Below are positions 18,155-26,494 of a stretch of DNA of 64,000 nucleotides, piece after piece; positions within the stretch are counted from its first letter, which is position 1; every line of letters begins with the position of its first letter. The position numbers and the translations under genes were made by a program. The stretch is from positions 2,206-66,205 of the forward strand of contig DATKOD010000003.1 of the NCBI GenBank assembly GCA_035524755.1, written 5' to 3'. The notes beneath the pieces are model-generated. The model saw nothing but the letters and a program-made list of their open reading frames with translations. It was not told the DNA's origin and did not search any database. Source of the stretch: Minisyncoccota bacterium. GTDB taxonomy: Bacteria > Patescibacteriota > Minisyncoccia > 2-02-FULL-40-12 > GWA2-44-9.

Positions 18155-19183
18155 TCATACCACGATACCACCGCCGATGCAACGACTGCCGCGGTAGACG
18201 ACCGCGGACTGACCGGGCGTCAGCGCCCGCACCGGTTTAGTGAACCTGATGACGGATCCACGGACGGTCGCCGGCACCAGAGGTGCACGGTACCGCGCAC
18301 GGACGTGGACGCGGTCCGTCGCATTCGGCCGCGGACCGAACCAATGCGCGTCACGGATGACCGCTCGCGTCCCGTACAAATCGCGCTCTGTACCGACGAC
18401 GATGATGTTGCGCTTCACGTCCCGTGAGACGACGAAGTACGGACCCCCGCCGTCCCGTATATTGAGACCGTGCCGCTGGCCGATGGTGTAGTATGCCGCC
18501 CCGTCATGCGTGCCGAGGATGCGTCCGTCGCGGTGCAGGATGGTGCCCTGACGCGGAGGGATGCGGCTCGTCAGGAACGCCTTCACATCCATATCACCGA
18601 CGAAGCATACGCCCTGGGAATCGGGTTTCTCAGCGACGGAGAGGCCGGCATGCCGGGCCATGGCGCGCACCTGTGGCTTGGTGAGATCACCGATGGGGAA
18701 CAGTGTCCGCCTGAGGACATCCGTCGGAACCGCCCACAAGAAGTACGTCTGGTCCTTGTTCGTATCCTTCGCGATTGCGAGACCGCCGCCACGGATGCGT
18801 GCGTAGTGTCCGGTCGCGATGAGGTCGGCACCCTCCTTGAATGCACGCGCGGCGAACAGACCGAACTTGATATGCCGGTTGCATTCCACATCGGGATTGG
18901 GCGTCAGCCCCGCACGATACCCGGCCACCATCGGCCGTGCGACGAGCGTACCGTACTGACGCGAGAAATCCCACGTCTTCAGGGGGATGCCGATTCGTGC
19001 AGCGACACGGAGCGCATCTTCGCGGTCCCGTTGCCACAGGCATCCCATGCCGGGCGGCTGCCACGGCTTCATGAACACGCCGGTGACATCGTAGCCCCGT
19101 CCGACGAGGAGGTGCGCCGCGACCGCGGAGTCCACCCCTCCGCTCATCGCGACGAATACCTTCTTAGAGACTTGACGCTTCAT
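18155..19183 (-). CDS. mnmA: tRNA 2-thiouridylase
   Basis: AMSGGVDS, TPNPDVECN, ATGHYA, KDQTYFL, SQGVCF, TIGQR, PGQ. Confidence 0.97.
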   Translation of the reverse strand: MKRQVSKKVFVAMSGGVDSAVAAHLLVGRGYDVTGVFMKPWQPPGMGCLWQRDREDALRVAARIGIPLKTWDFSRQYGTLVARPMVAGYRAGLTPNPDVECNRHIKFGLFAARAFKEGADLIATGHYARIRGGGLAIAKDTNKDQTYFLWAVPTDVLRRTLFPIGDLTKPQVRAMARHAGLSVAEKPDSQGVCFVGDMDVKAFLTSRIPPRQGTILHRDGRILGTHDGAAYYTIGQRHGLNIRDGGGPYFVVSRDVKRNIIVVGTERDLYGTRAVIRDAHWFGPRPNATDRVHVRARYRAPLVPATVRGSVIRFTKPVRALTPGQSAVVYRGSRCIGGGIVV

Positions 19184-19216
19184 AGGAAGAAGATACTATG
19201 CCATACACCGACTGAA

Positions 19217-19996
19217 ATGGCAAAACGCGTCCGCCTTGCGATATTCGACATCGACGGGACCATCTTCCGGTCTTCGCTCATCATCGAACTCTTCAATGAG
19301 TTGGTCCGCCGTGGGGTGTTCCCGGAACGCGCCCGGCGAGAAGTCGAGCGTGACTATGTCAACTGGCTCAACCGCAAGGGCCACTACAATGACTACATCA
19401 TGCGGGTCGTACGCGTGTTCTACCGCGAGATCGCGGGATGTTCGGTCCGACGCGTCGCTCCCGCTGTGCGGGCGGTCGTCGCATGGCAAAAAGACCGCGT
19501 GCACCGCTACCCGAGATTCCTCATCACCGACCTGAAACGCCGCGGGTACTTCATCCTGGTCATCTCGAACTCGCCGGAACCGATGGTCAGACAATTCGCG
19601 CGCGCGATGGGCTTCCACGATGCCATCGGCTACGCGCTCGAAACCGACCACGGCATCTATACCGGCAGGAGCATCCTCGGCGGACGGACGGTCCCGGGAG
19701 CATCGTGGATGGATAAGGTCACCGAATTGCGCCGCTACATCGAACTGAACGCGATGGATGTCGACCTGCACAATTCCGTCATGATCGGCGACTCCGAGGG
19801 AGACCTGCCGCTGTTGTCGTTCGTCGGACACCCCATCGCCTTCAATCCGTCATTGCCGTTGGCACGCATCGCCCGGCGGCGCGGTTGGCGGATCATCGTG
19901 GAGCGCAAAGATGCCATCTACGACATCAGGGACGCACGGTTCATTCCCGTCCCCGGCCGAAAGCCGCGTGTTCCCTACGGCAACAAGAGACGGTAG
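19217..19996 (+). CDS. HAD-IB family hydrolase
   Basis: FDIDGTI motif I, ISNS, GDSEGD, FNP. The true start is MAKRV; the ORF-track extension is antisense to mnmA. Confidence 0.9.
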   Translation: MAKRVRLAIFDIDGTIFRSSLIIELFNELVRRGVFPERARREVERDYVNWLNRKGHYNDYIMRVVRVFYREIAGCSVRRVAPAVRAVVAWQKDRVHRYPRFLITDLKRRGYFILVISNSPEPMVRQFARAMGFHDAIGYALETDHGIYTGRSILGGRTVPGASWMDKVTELRRYIELNAMDVDLHNSVMIGDSEGDLPLLSFVGHPIAFNPSLPLARIARRRGWRIIVERKDAIYDIRDARFIPVPGRKPRVPYGNKRR

Positions 19997-20004
19997 AATA
20001 CGGC

Positions 20005-20610
20005 ATGGCGCATCTGAGCGTATTCTTCAATCCGACCGCGCTCATCCAAACGGTTGGGTACGTCGGCATCGCGGCCGTCATCTTCACCGAATCCGGCCTC
20101 CTCATCGGTATCGTGCTTCCGGGAGATTCCGTCCTGTTCACGGCGGGTTTTCTGGCGTCGCAAGGATTGCTCAGCATCATCCCGCTCCTCATCATCTCGT
20201 TCACGATGGCCGCGCTGGGCGACAACGTCGGATACTGGCTCGGCAAGCGATTCGGCCCTTCGGTCTTCAAGCGGAAGGATTCGATTTTCCTGAATCCCGG
20301 GAACATCACACGGGCCGAAGCGTTCTATGAAGAGCACGGCACGAAAACCATCGTCCTCGCGCGGTTCATCCCGGTCATCCGTACATTGGCACCGCTCCTT
20401 GCGGGCGTCGGTTCCATGCATTGGCGCACGTTCATGACCTATAACCTGCTCGGGGCGTTCATCTGGGGCATCGGCGTCACGTTCACCGGCTACTGGCTCG
20501 GTGCGGTGATACCCGGCATCGACCGGTATATCATTCCCATCGTCCTGCTGATCATCTTCTCATCGGTCATTCCGCCGGCGTACAACTACTACCGTCAGCA
20601 CCGCCGATGA
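20005..20610 (+). CDS. dedA: DedA family membrane protein
   Basis: FTESGLL...LPGDS, LGDNVGYWLG, ARFIPVIRT. Confidence 0.92.
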   Translation: MAHLSVFFNPTALIQTVGYVGIAAVIFTESGLLIGIVLPGDSVLFTAGFLASQGLLSIIPLLIISFTMAALGDNVGYWLGKRFGPSVFKRKDSIFLNPGNITRAEAFYEEHGTKTIVLARFIPVIRTLAPLLAGVGSMHWRTFMTYNLLGAFIWGIGVTFTGYWLGAVIPGIDRYIIPIVLLIIFSSVIPPAYNYYRQHRR

Positions 20611-20828
20611 AGCGTGTCACTGTGCGTGTCCATCCCGGCGCACGGCATGCGTCCGTCGAACGGACCTCGCCTGACGAGTTCGCGATCGCCGTGCGTGAAC
20701 CGGCGGAACGCGGCCGCGCGACGGACGCGGCGCGTCGTGCACTCGCAGAGCATCTCGGCATCGCGCCGTCGCGCCTTTCGCTCATCATGGGGCACGCGTC
20801 GCGCGTGAAAGTTTTTTTGGTCCGATGA
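20607..20828 (+). CDS. DUF167 (YggU-like) protein
   Basis: VRVHPGA, VREPAERGRA, GHASRVKV; ATGA overlap with dedA. Confidence 0.85.
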   Translation: MKRVTVRVHPGARHASVERTSPDEFAIAVREPAERGRATDAARRALAEHLGIAPSRLSLIMGHASRVKVFLVR

Positions 20829-20854
20829 TTTCGTGAGTTATCCACTGTTTTTTC

Positions 20855-20883
20855 TTGGTATCGACCTCCGCGGTCTCTATAAT
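20855..20883 (+). promoter_or_regulatory. Sigma70-type promoter
   Basis: TTGGTA, 17-bp spacer, TATAAT. Confidence 0.65.
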
Positions 20884-20913
20884 GGATGTAGTTAGTTATT
20901 TCCACGGTATCTG

Positions 20914-21031
20914 TGACGGCAGTGAATGGTCCGGCCGCAAGGCCCACCCATTGGTCGGCCGTCATTGAAACAACCATAAGGAGGGATGCGATGCACGCTG
21001 TATGCGCCGCGGCGCCTGCAAGGTGGATCGC
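20914..21031 (+). ncRNA. Candidate structured 5' leader RNA
   Basis: Nested stem TGACGGC/GCCGTCA, AATGG/CCATT and GGCC-GCAA-GGCC (GNRA loop). A second stem is closed by GCGAT/ATCGC (20988-21031). Confidence 0.45.
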
Positions 21032-21044
21032 TACCAACCCGTAA
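20991..21044 (+). CDS. Possible 17-aa leader peptide (uORF)
   Basis: AAGGAGG (20978-20984) lies 6 nt before the ATG. Translation MHAVCAAAPARWIATNP*; the stop overlaps the next ATG (TAATG). Confidence 0.35.
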   Translation: MHAVCAAAPARWIATNP

Positions 21045-21097
21045 TGGCAAAGAAGAGAAAGGCCAAGAAGGCCGCCGCAAAGAAGAAGAAGAGGTAA
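21044..21097 (+). CDS. 17-aa Lys/Ala-rich basic peptide
   Basis: MAKKRKAKKAAAKKKKR*. All Lys codons are AAG. The start context ACCCGTAATG is identical to that of rpoA, and a terminator follows. Confidence 0.65.
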   Translation: MAKKRKAKKAAAKKKKR

Positions 21098-21111
21098 TCT
21101 CGTCTTCACTC

Positions 21112-21141
21112 GCAAACACCCCGTACGGGGTGTTTGCCTTT
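21112..21141 (+). terminator. Intrinsic terminator (26-bp palindrome)
   Basis: GCAAACACCCCGT|ACGGGGTGTTTGC followed by CTTT. Confidence 0.7.
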
Positions 21142-21153
21142 CATGTGAAAAGA

Positions 21154-21177
21154 ATCCCGCCTCCGGTGAGGCGGGAT
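21154..21177 (-). terminator. Intrinsic terminator of the minus-strand operon
   Basis: ATCCCGCCTC-CGGT-GAGGCGGGAT with a TCTTTT tail on the minus strand. Confidence 0.7.
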
Positions 21178-22541
21178 CATGGTCTGACCGCGACAGGCGC
21201 CGATGCCGTGTACTCGTCGCGCAGGTATCGGAACTTATCCTGGACGTAGCCTTTCGTCTCGCTCAGGAGACACTGCCGGTACGTTGGCTTGCGACAGTCC
21301 GTACCACGGGCATCAACCCAGTCGGGCGAGTTCTTCTTGAGCGCGATGCGATAGACCGCGGTCACCCGCTTGGTGCCGGTATTGTATCCGGCGAACTGGA
21401 GCTCATCGATATGGGGATCGCTCATGATGGCCGTCCCGAACGCCTTCACGTAGTCGGCAAGCTGGAGATCCAGGAGCAGGATCGCCGCTTTCATGCTGTT
21501 GAGCGCCTGCCGCCGGCCGGTATTGGTGTCGGTCACGAGGCCTGCGGCCGGATATGCCTTCCGAACCATCGTATATGAACTCGCGATGAACTGCTGCGGA
21601 CCGCATGCGCCCGCCGGACTGCACGTGAACGATGCGAACATGTCGCCGTTGGCGCCGATGGTGGCGTAGACGCGGTTGGTCGTCCATTGCGGGTCCAAGA
21701 TGAACTCGGTCAGGTCCATGTGCTCGATGGGCATGATCTTGTCGATGGGGAACGCCTTCGGATATTTCGCGATGACGTCAGCGATGAGCATGCCGGGCAA
21801 CGCCCGCGAGACGACACCCCGCGCGCGTAGATCATCCGTCGCCTTCGCGATGGTATCCGCCACGTACCGTTGTCCTTCTGCGATCACGTCAGCCACCGCG
21901 ATCGGTTCGCTGTACGGTACGTTGATGAATTCGGTGACCCGCGGCTGTCCCTTCTTCGGTGCATCATTGACGATGGGATATTTCACCCCGACGACGATTG
22001 AATCGGACGGCGAAGCGATGGCGAACTGCGTGTTCCAGTTGTTCCACTCGATGCCGTTGGCACGGCGCACGACGCTCATCGCCCACCCCGCCGGCGCCTG
22101 GAGCACCGCGACCGGTTCATTCTTGATGGTCCACTTCGTGCCGGTGCGTGTCGCGACCGGGACGTTCATCTGCGCCATCCCGTACGTTTTCTTGACGGTG
22201 ATGACCGATGTCGTGCACGTCGTGGTGTTGAGCACCCGCACGGCGATGTCCTTGATGTAGTCCTTGTAGACCTTCAGGACGCCCAGACGCACTTCCACGT
22301 ATGAGTGGAGTTTCTGGTCGTACGACAACGATGCAGACGCCAACTGGACATCAGAAGGGGTCCCGGCGATGACTGAGGCGATGTCGCATGCGGGTTTCGG
22401 CGGCAGCACCGGAGACACATCCTCCGGCGCATAGAACCCGACCCGTACCGATGTCGGATCGGGTGCTTGTGCGTGCACCGATAGGACCCCGAAACCGACC
22501 GCGGCAATGACCGACGTTGTGGTGATCAGCAGTCTACGCAT
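21177..22541 (-). CDS. Secreted protein with a C-terminal lysozyme-like (SLT) domain
   Basis: Signal peptide MRRLL...VHA|Q. PIEH, SPAGACGPQQFI, AGYNTG and ETKGYV resemble SLT motifs. Confidence 0.6.
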   Translation of the reverse strand: MRRLLITTTSVIAAVGFGVLSVHAQAPDPTSVRVGFYAPEDVSPVLPPKPACDIASVIAGTPSDVQLASASLSYDQKLHSYVEVRLGVLKVYKDYIKDIAVRVLNTTTCTTSVITVKKTYGMAQMNVPVATRTGTKWTIKNEPVAVLQAPAGWAMSVVRRANGIEWNNWNTQFAIASPSDSIVVGVKYPIVNDAPKKGQPRVTEFINVPYSEPIAVADVIAEGQRYVADTIAKATDDLRARGVVSRALPGMLIADVIAKYPKAFPIDKIMPIEHMDLTEFILDPQWTTNRVYATIGANGDMFASFTCSPAGACGPQQFIASSYTMVRKAYPAAGLVTDTNTGRRQALNSMKAAILLLDLQLADYVKAFGTAIMSDPHIDELQFAGYNTGTKRVTAVYRIALKKNSPDWVDARGTDCRKPTYRQCLLSETKGYVQDKFRYLRDEYTASAPVAVRP

Positions 22542-22604
22542 ATGCTCCTTTTGTACTGAGGGTTGGGAACGAACCCGGGAACGATACCACACTGTCGGCC
22601 GTCC

Positions 22605-23903
22605 TCACAGGTCGCTCTTGATGTTCGCCGCAAGCAGCTGGACGGAATTCGCATAGTTGACGCAGCTGGCGTTCGTGCTCGCAGCATTGCCGCAATAATA
22701 TTTCTTCGATGCCGCGATCTCTCCCGCACGGGTCTGGCTGCTGGCGCCGTCATTCGAAAGCTTCGCTGCGGCCGCGACGAACGCGTCTTCGATGTTCCAG
22801 GGATCGGGCAGCGCATGGCCGGATATCGCGGCGATCTGATCTCGATACCCCATCCACGTTGACGGCAAGAACTGCGCCGCACCCATGGCGCCTCCCCATT
22901 TGGAACCGCATGAGATCGGGGTCTGGAAAGGATCGCGGTTCAATTGCGCGGTGATACTGAGGAAATACGGGAGGTCTCTCGTGGGATTGATGCCGTAGGT
23001 ATAGATCTGGCCGTTCGTGATCCTCCGCGTCTCCCCGCTGGTCGAATCCACGATGTAGCACTTCCCGACGTTTGCCCCGAGCGCACTCTCTTGCTCGAGC
23101 TCCGCGATGAGGAACTCCGGCCGGATACCGGCTCCGATGGCGGCAAGCTGCCCATATTTGATCGCATCCTCTGCCGAGACGCCGTTCTGTTGCAGGTAGT
23201 AGATCTGTTCCTGCAGGCGTTGCAGATTCGTCTTGGTGGTCGCTACCAACTGTTGGTATTTGCTCTCTTGGCCCTGCGTCACCTTCAATAACTGGTTTTT
23301 GTCGGTTTTCGTCGTCGCAAGTTGACGCTGTTGCGCTTCTTGGAGCGCTTGAGCCTGCTCCAGACTCGTCTGTTGGTCCTGGAGCTGGGACTGTTGCTGG
23401 TCCAGTTGATCGCGCAAATCGCTGATGGACTGGATGGCCGTGCTCAGCGAGTCCTGCGTGCGCTGGATATCATGCACGCGGTCGAAGAAGTCCGACAGTG
23501 TGCCGCTCTGGAGCAGGATCATCGAGAGCGGTTGCAGATCGTTCTGCGCCGTTTCACGGAGCGCTGAGGCAAGCGCCTGCTGGTGCACCGAAATCTGCTG
23601 TTCCGCATTCTCGATGGCGGTCTGAGTCTGACCGATTTCAAGTCCGGTCTCATCGATGGACGCCTGGAGAGATTGGATCTGCGTGCTCAATACGCTGATC
23701 TGTGCGTTGAGCTTCGAGATTTCCGTCTGCAACGATTGCTTCTGTGTGCTCGCCTGGGTCAACTGCTCTTGCGCAGCGTCCAGCTGCGCCTGCAACTGCG
23801 TCTGCTTCTGTTGCAGGGCGGCAATCTCGTCCTGAACGGCCGCATGCGCCGTCAACGGAACGACGAGCGCACAAAGAGCGACGATTGCGACCAACCGCCT
23901 CAC
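22605..23903 (-). CDS. Coiled-coil plus lytic transglycosylase (PcsB/CwlO-like architecture)
   Basis: Signal peptide ...TAHA|A, long Gln-rich coiled coil, then EQESALG and GAMGAAQFLPSTW. The GTG start overlaps the upstream TGA. Confidence 0.82.
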   Translation of the reverse strand: MRRLVAIVALCALVVPLTAHAAVQDEIAALQQKQTQLQAQLDAAQEQLTQASTQKQSLQTEISKLNAQISVLSTQIQSLQASIDETGLEIGQTQTAIENAEQQISVHQQALASALRETAQNDLQPLSMILLQSGTLSDFFDRVHDIQRTQDSLSTAIQSISDLRDQLDQQQSQLQDQQTSLEQAQALQEAQQRQLATTKTDKNQLLKVTQGQESKYQQLVATTKTNLQRLQEQIYYLQQNGVSAEDAIKYGQLAAIGAGIRPEFLIAELEQESALGANVGKCYIVDSTSGETRRITNGQIYTYGINPTRDLPYFLSITAQLNRDPFQTPISCGSKWGGAMGAAQFLPSTWMGYRDQIAAISGHALPDPWNIEDAFVAAAAKLSNDGASSQTRAGEIAASKKYYCGNAASTNASCVNYANSVQLLAANIKSDL

Positions 23904-24337
23904 TGGACGATGATCGTACCGGTCTGCGACGCGTTCGATTCGTCCGCGTGGTTCAGGTAGTGGCACGTCTGTGAATCATTGAACGCCAATGAGTATGTCT
24001 CGCCGCGGTACAAGGAGCGGGTGGCGTCAAGTCCCGGGCAGCCGCCGGTGCCGCTGACGGTCATGGGCCAGAAGGCGATATCGGTGTCGTTGCGGAACGT
24101 GATGGCGTCACCGACCCGGATGGTGATGGTGGCCGGGGTCACGCCGGAAGCGGTCAGATGGACGATGTACCGCTGAGGTGTCGGGGTCGGCGTGGGGTAG
24201 TATCCGATGGGTGTGGGCGTCGGGGTCGGCGTCGTGGAATCGCTGGTCGAATCCGACCTCGTCGCCAGATACGTGATACCGACCGCCAGAAGCGCCACTA
24301 CGATGACCGAGATGATGAGTGTTCGTGAGGAGTACAT
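23900..24337 (-). CDS. Membrane-anchored cupredoxin-fold protein with a PT linker
   Basis: N-terminal TM, TPTPTP linker, PATITIRVGDAITFRN...GETYSLAF...YLNH...GTIIV. Confidence 0.7.
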   Translation of the reverse strand: MYSSRTLIISVIVVALLAVGITYLATRSDSTSDSTTPTPTPTPIGYYPTPTPTPQRYIVHLTASGVTPATITIRVGDAITFRNDTDIAFWPMTVSGTGGCPGLDATRSLYRGETYSLAFNDSQTCHYLNHADESNASQTGTIIVQ

Positions 24338-24390
24338 AATCCCCATGCTAACAGATTGGCTGGCGGCTTCCAGAGGTATACAATGGGGCT

Positions 24391-24891
24391 ATGCACACAC
24401 GTCGGGTGCTCACTATTGGTGCCGTTCTCCTTATGGCAGTGCTTCCGGTCGTCGCGATTGCCGCTGATCAGCCGCTCCAATCAGGTTCTGATTCCCTCGG
24501 CGCAGCAGTAGCCTCGCTCTACCGATACGGCCTGAGCATCGTGGGTCTCGCAGTATTCGTTATGTTTTTGTATGCAGGACTCCTTAAGATGTTTTCGGAG
24601 ACTTTTATCAGCAAATGGGTACCGTCAGGTTGGGAAAAGAACTCTACCGTTGTCATTCAAGATGCGGTCATCGGGCTCATCCTCTTGTTCGCCTCATATC
24701 TCATCCTCAACACGATCAATCCTGATCTGGTGACGCCGCAGAAAGCGTCCCCGACGTCAACGACGACCTCGACCAGTTCTTCGGCGGGAACGGTGGGTCT
24801 TCCCACGAGCAGCAGCGTGCCGACGCCCGTACCGACATTCCAGGGCGGCGGAGGTTCATTCGGCGGCGGCGGTGCCTCAGGAACTTTTTGA
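24391..24891 (+). CDS. CPR-type pilin (TrbC/VirB2-like) with a Ser/Thr linker and Gly/Phe tail
   Basis: Signal peptide and two TM helices with YAG...IQDAVIGLILLFASYLILNTINPDL; ends FQGGGGSFGGGGASGTF. Confidence 0.75.
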   Translation: MHTRRVLTIGAVLLMAVLPVVAIAADQPLQSGSDSLGAAVASLYRYGLSIVGLAVFVMFLYAGLLKMFSETFISKWVPSGWEKNSTVVIQDAVIGLILLFASYLILNTINPDLVTPQKASPTSTTTSTSSSAGTVGLPTSSSVPTPVPTFQGGGGSFGGGGASGTF

Positions 24892-24892
24892 T

Positions 24893-25090
24893 ATGGCATA
24901 CGTACTCGTCCTCCTTGCAGCACTCGGGATATTCGTTTACAGCACGCCTGCCCGCCAGGCGGTCAAGAATTCATTGGCAGCTATCGCGCAAAGCGCCGAA
25001 GTCAGACAGGCGGAAACCTACCTACGCGACAAAGTCACGGGATTCATCCGGACCGAGCTCCACCACGCGGTCGATGATGCGGTGAAATAG
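24893..25090 (+). CDS. Small membrane-anchored protein (65 aa)
   Basis: ATG follows the pilin stop after 1 nt; N-terminal TM followed by an amphipathic helix. Confidence 0.6.
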   Translation: MAYVLVLLAALGIFVYSTPARQAVKNSLAAIAQSAEVRQAETYLRDKVTGFIRTELHHAVDDAVK

Positions 25091-25101
25091 TCCCCCATTG
25101 C

Positions 25102-25130
25102 TTGACTTTATGCACGTAATGTGCTATACT
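25102..25130 (+). promoter_or_regulatory. Strong sigma70-type promoter
   Basis: TTGACT, 17-bp spacer ending TGC, TATACT. Confidence 0.8.
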
Positions 25131-25147
25131 TCACCTTGGAGGCTGAT

Positions 25148-25288
25148 ATGAAGAAGCACACGCGCCTGGTGCTGTTCCTGATCGCACTGACGCTCGTGGT
25201 CACGGGCTCCCTGGGCTCGACCAAGCAGAACGCGTTCGTTCCCGGGGGCGGCCACTTCCGCGGACACGGCGCCAGCTCCAGCTGGTGA
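25148..25288 (+). CDS. 46-aa exported or anchored micropeptide with a Gly/Phe C-terminal motif (not in ORF track)
   Basis: GGAGG at 25138-25142. Translation MKKHTRLVLFLIALTLVVTGSLGSTKQNAFVPGGGHFRGHGASSSW*. It has its own promoter and terminator. Confidence 0.8.
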   Translation: MKKHTRLVLFLIALTLVVTGSLGSTKQNAFVPGGGHFRGHGASSSW

Positions 25289-25297
25289 TGACACCCG

Positions 25298-25327
25298 AAG
25301 GGAGATCCATGACGGACCTCCCTTTTT
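25298..25327 (+). terminator. Intrinsic terminator
   Basis: AAGGGAGaTCC-ATGAC-GGAcCTCCCTT-TTT. Confidence 0.7.
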
Positions 25328-25335
25328 CATTGCGG

Positions 25336-26097
25336 TCATTTCGCCAGTGCCGCGTCGATGACCTGCTGGAATGCGGCGAACGGCTGTGCACCGACCAGGG
25401 AGACGCCGTTGATGAAGAAACTCGGCGTTCCATCGACTCCCAATGCGGTACCGTCGGCTTGGTCCTTATCGACTTCGCTCGCGTATTTCTGTGAGTCCAG
25501 ACACTGATTGAATTTCGTCATATCCAGACCGATGTTCGAGACCCACGTCTTGATGTCGCTGACACTGAACGATACCGTCCCGCCGCTGGGGTCTTTGGCA
25601 TCCTGCCCCGCGAAGATCGCATCGTGGAACTGCCAGAACTTCCCCTGCTCCGCCGCACAGGCACCTGCCAGCGCGGCAGGGCGTGCAGAGGGATGCAGGC
25701 TGGTCAGCGGGAAATCACGGAAGACGAGGCGGACCTTGCCGGTATCGATATAGGTCTTCTTCAGCAGCGCGAAGGTGTCGTTGTAGAACGATCGGCAGTA
25801 CGGACACTGGAAATCACTGAACTCCACGATGGTCACCTTGGCGTCCGCATTCCCCAGGACCGGATCTTCACCGTCCTCAAGCTTGCTGGTATCGATCGGT
25901 GCGGCGGTTCCGTCCGCCTGCTGGGCAGGAGCAACGGACGGGCCGTGGAACAGCGATGCGGTACCGCCCGAACCGACGAACAGGACACTGGCTGCGATCA
26001 ACAGACCTGCGACGATGATGGCGCCCGGAACGGACATGAACGGTTGCTTCGGCTCCACCGGCTTCGGCTGCTCGCTGACCATCGGTTGTTCATCCAT
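25336..26097 (-). CDS. DsbA-family oxidoreductase
   Basis: N-terminal TM, EFSDFQCPYC, FPL, GVDGTPSFFING. Confidence 0.92.
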   Translation of the reverse strand: MDEQPMVSEQPKPVEPKQPFMSVPGAIIVAGLLIAASVLFVGSGGTASLFHGPSVAPAQQADGTAAPIDTSKLEDGEDPVLGNADAKVTIVEFSDFQCPYCRSFYNDTFALLKKTYIDTGKVRLVFRDFPLTSLHPSARPAALAGACAAEQGKFWQFHDAIFAGQDAKDPSGGTVSFSVSDIKTWVSNIGLDMTKFNQCLDSQKYASEVDKDQADGTALGVDGTPSFFINGVSLVGAQPFAAFQQVIDAALAK

Positions 26098-26107
26098 GAA
26101 TGGAAAA

Positions 26108-26494
26108 TTAGGGTGTTACTGACGGCTTCGCTCCCAACGACAATGGGGCGACTTCCACGAGGATGTTCGCCACCGGGTCGTAGAGGATCCCGATCTGCGC
26201 CGTATTGTAGATGAGGACCTTGTCGCCGACTTTCGCATTCTTGAAGAATGGCTGGCCGGCGAGCTTTGACATGTCGGTGACCGTCGCGACCACGGGTGTC
26301 TCGCCGGTCGGCAGTGCGTACAACTTCCCGACGGCGGCCACCAGCCGTGAAACTTCATCGAGCGCCGCCTGTTGTGCATCAACCGGTTTCCGGCCCGACA
26401 CATACACGTACGATGCGGTGCCGACCGCAACGACGATCAGGACACCGGCACCGATGACGACGGGAAGTTTCATGGATGGCTTCCAGGATATCAT
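26108..26494 (-). CDS. Conserved CPR-type single-TM protein
   Basis: TGATG-coupled to VKOR; TM followed by LPTGETPVVATV...QPFFKNAKVGDKVLIY. Confidence 0.7.
   Translation of the reverse strand: MISWKPSMKLPVVIGAGVLIVVAVGTASYVYVSGRKPVDAQQAALDEVSRLVAAVGKLYALPTGETPVVATVTDMSKLAGQPFFKNAKVGDKVLIYNTAQIGILYDPVANILVEVAPLSLGAKPSVTP

Noticed and set aside
18470-19216. Apparent 508-aa fusion with the HAD hydrolase
   Set aside because: The N-terminal half is antisense to mnmA, and HAD motif I begins just after ATG 19217.
20838-20846. DnaA-box-like 9-mers (TTATCCACT here; TGTGGAAAA at 16568-16576) suggesting oriC
   Set aside because: They are single imperfect boxes with no cluster, no unwinding element and no dnaA/dnaN nearby. 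At most they are regulatory sites.
20986-21249. 87-aa ORF over the Lys-rich peptide locus
   Set aside because: Its ATG is only 1 nt from the SD. It crosses two terminator hairpins and overlaps the convergent gene.
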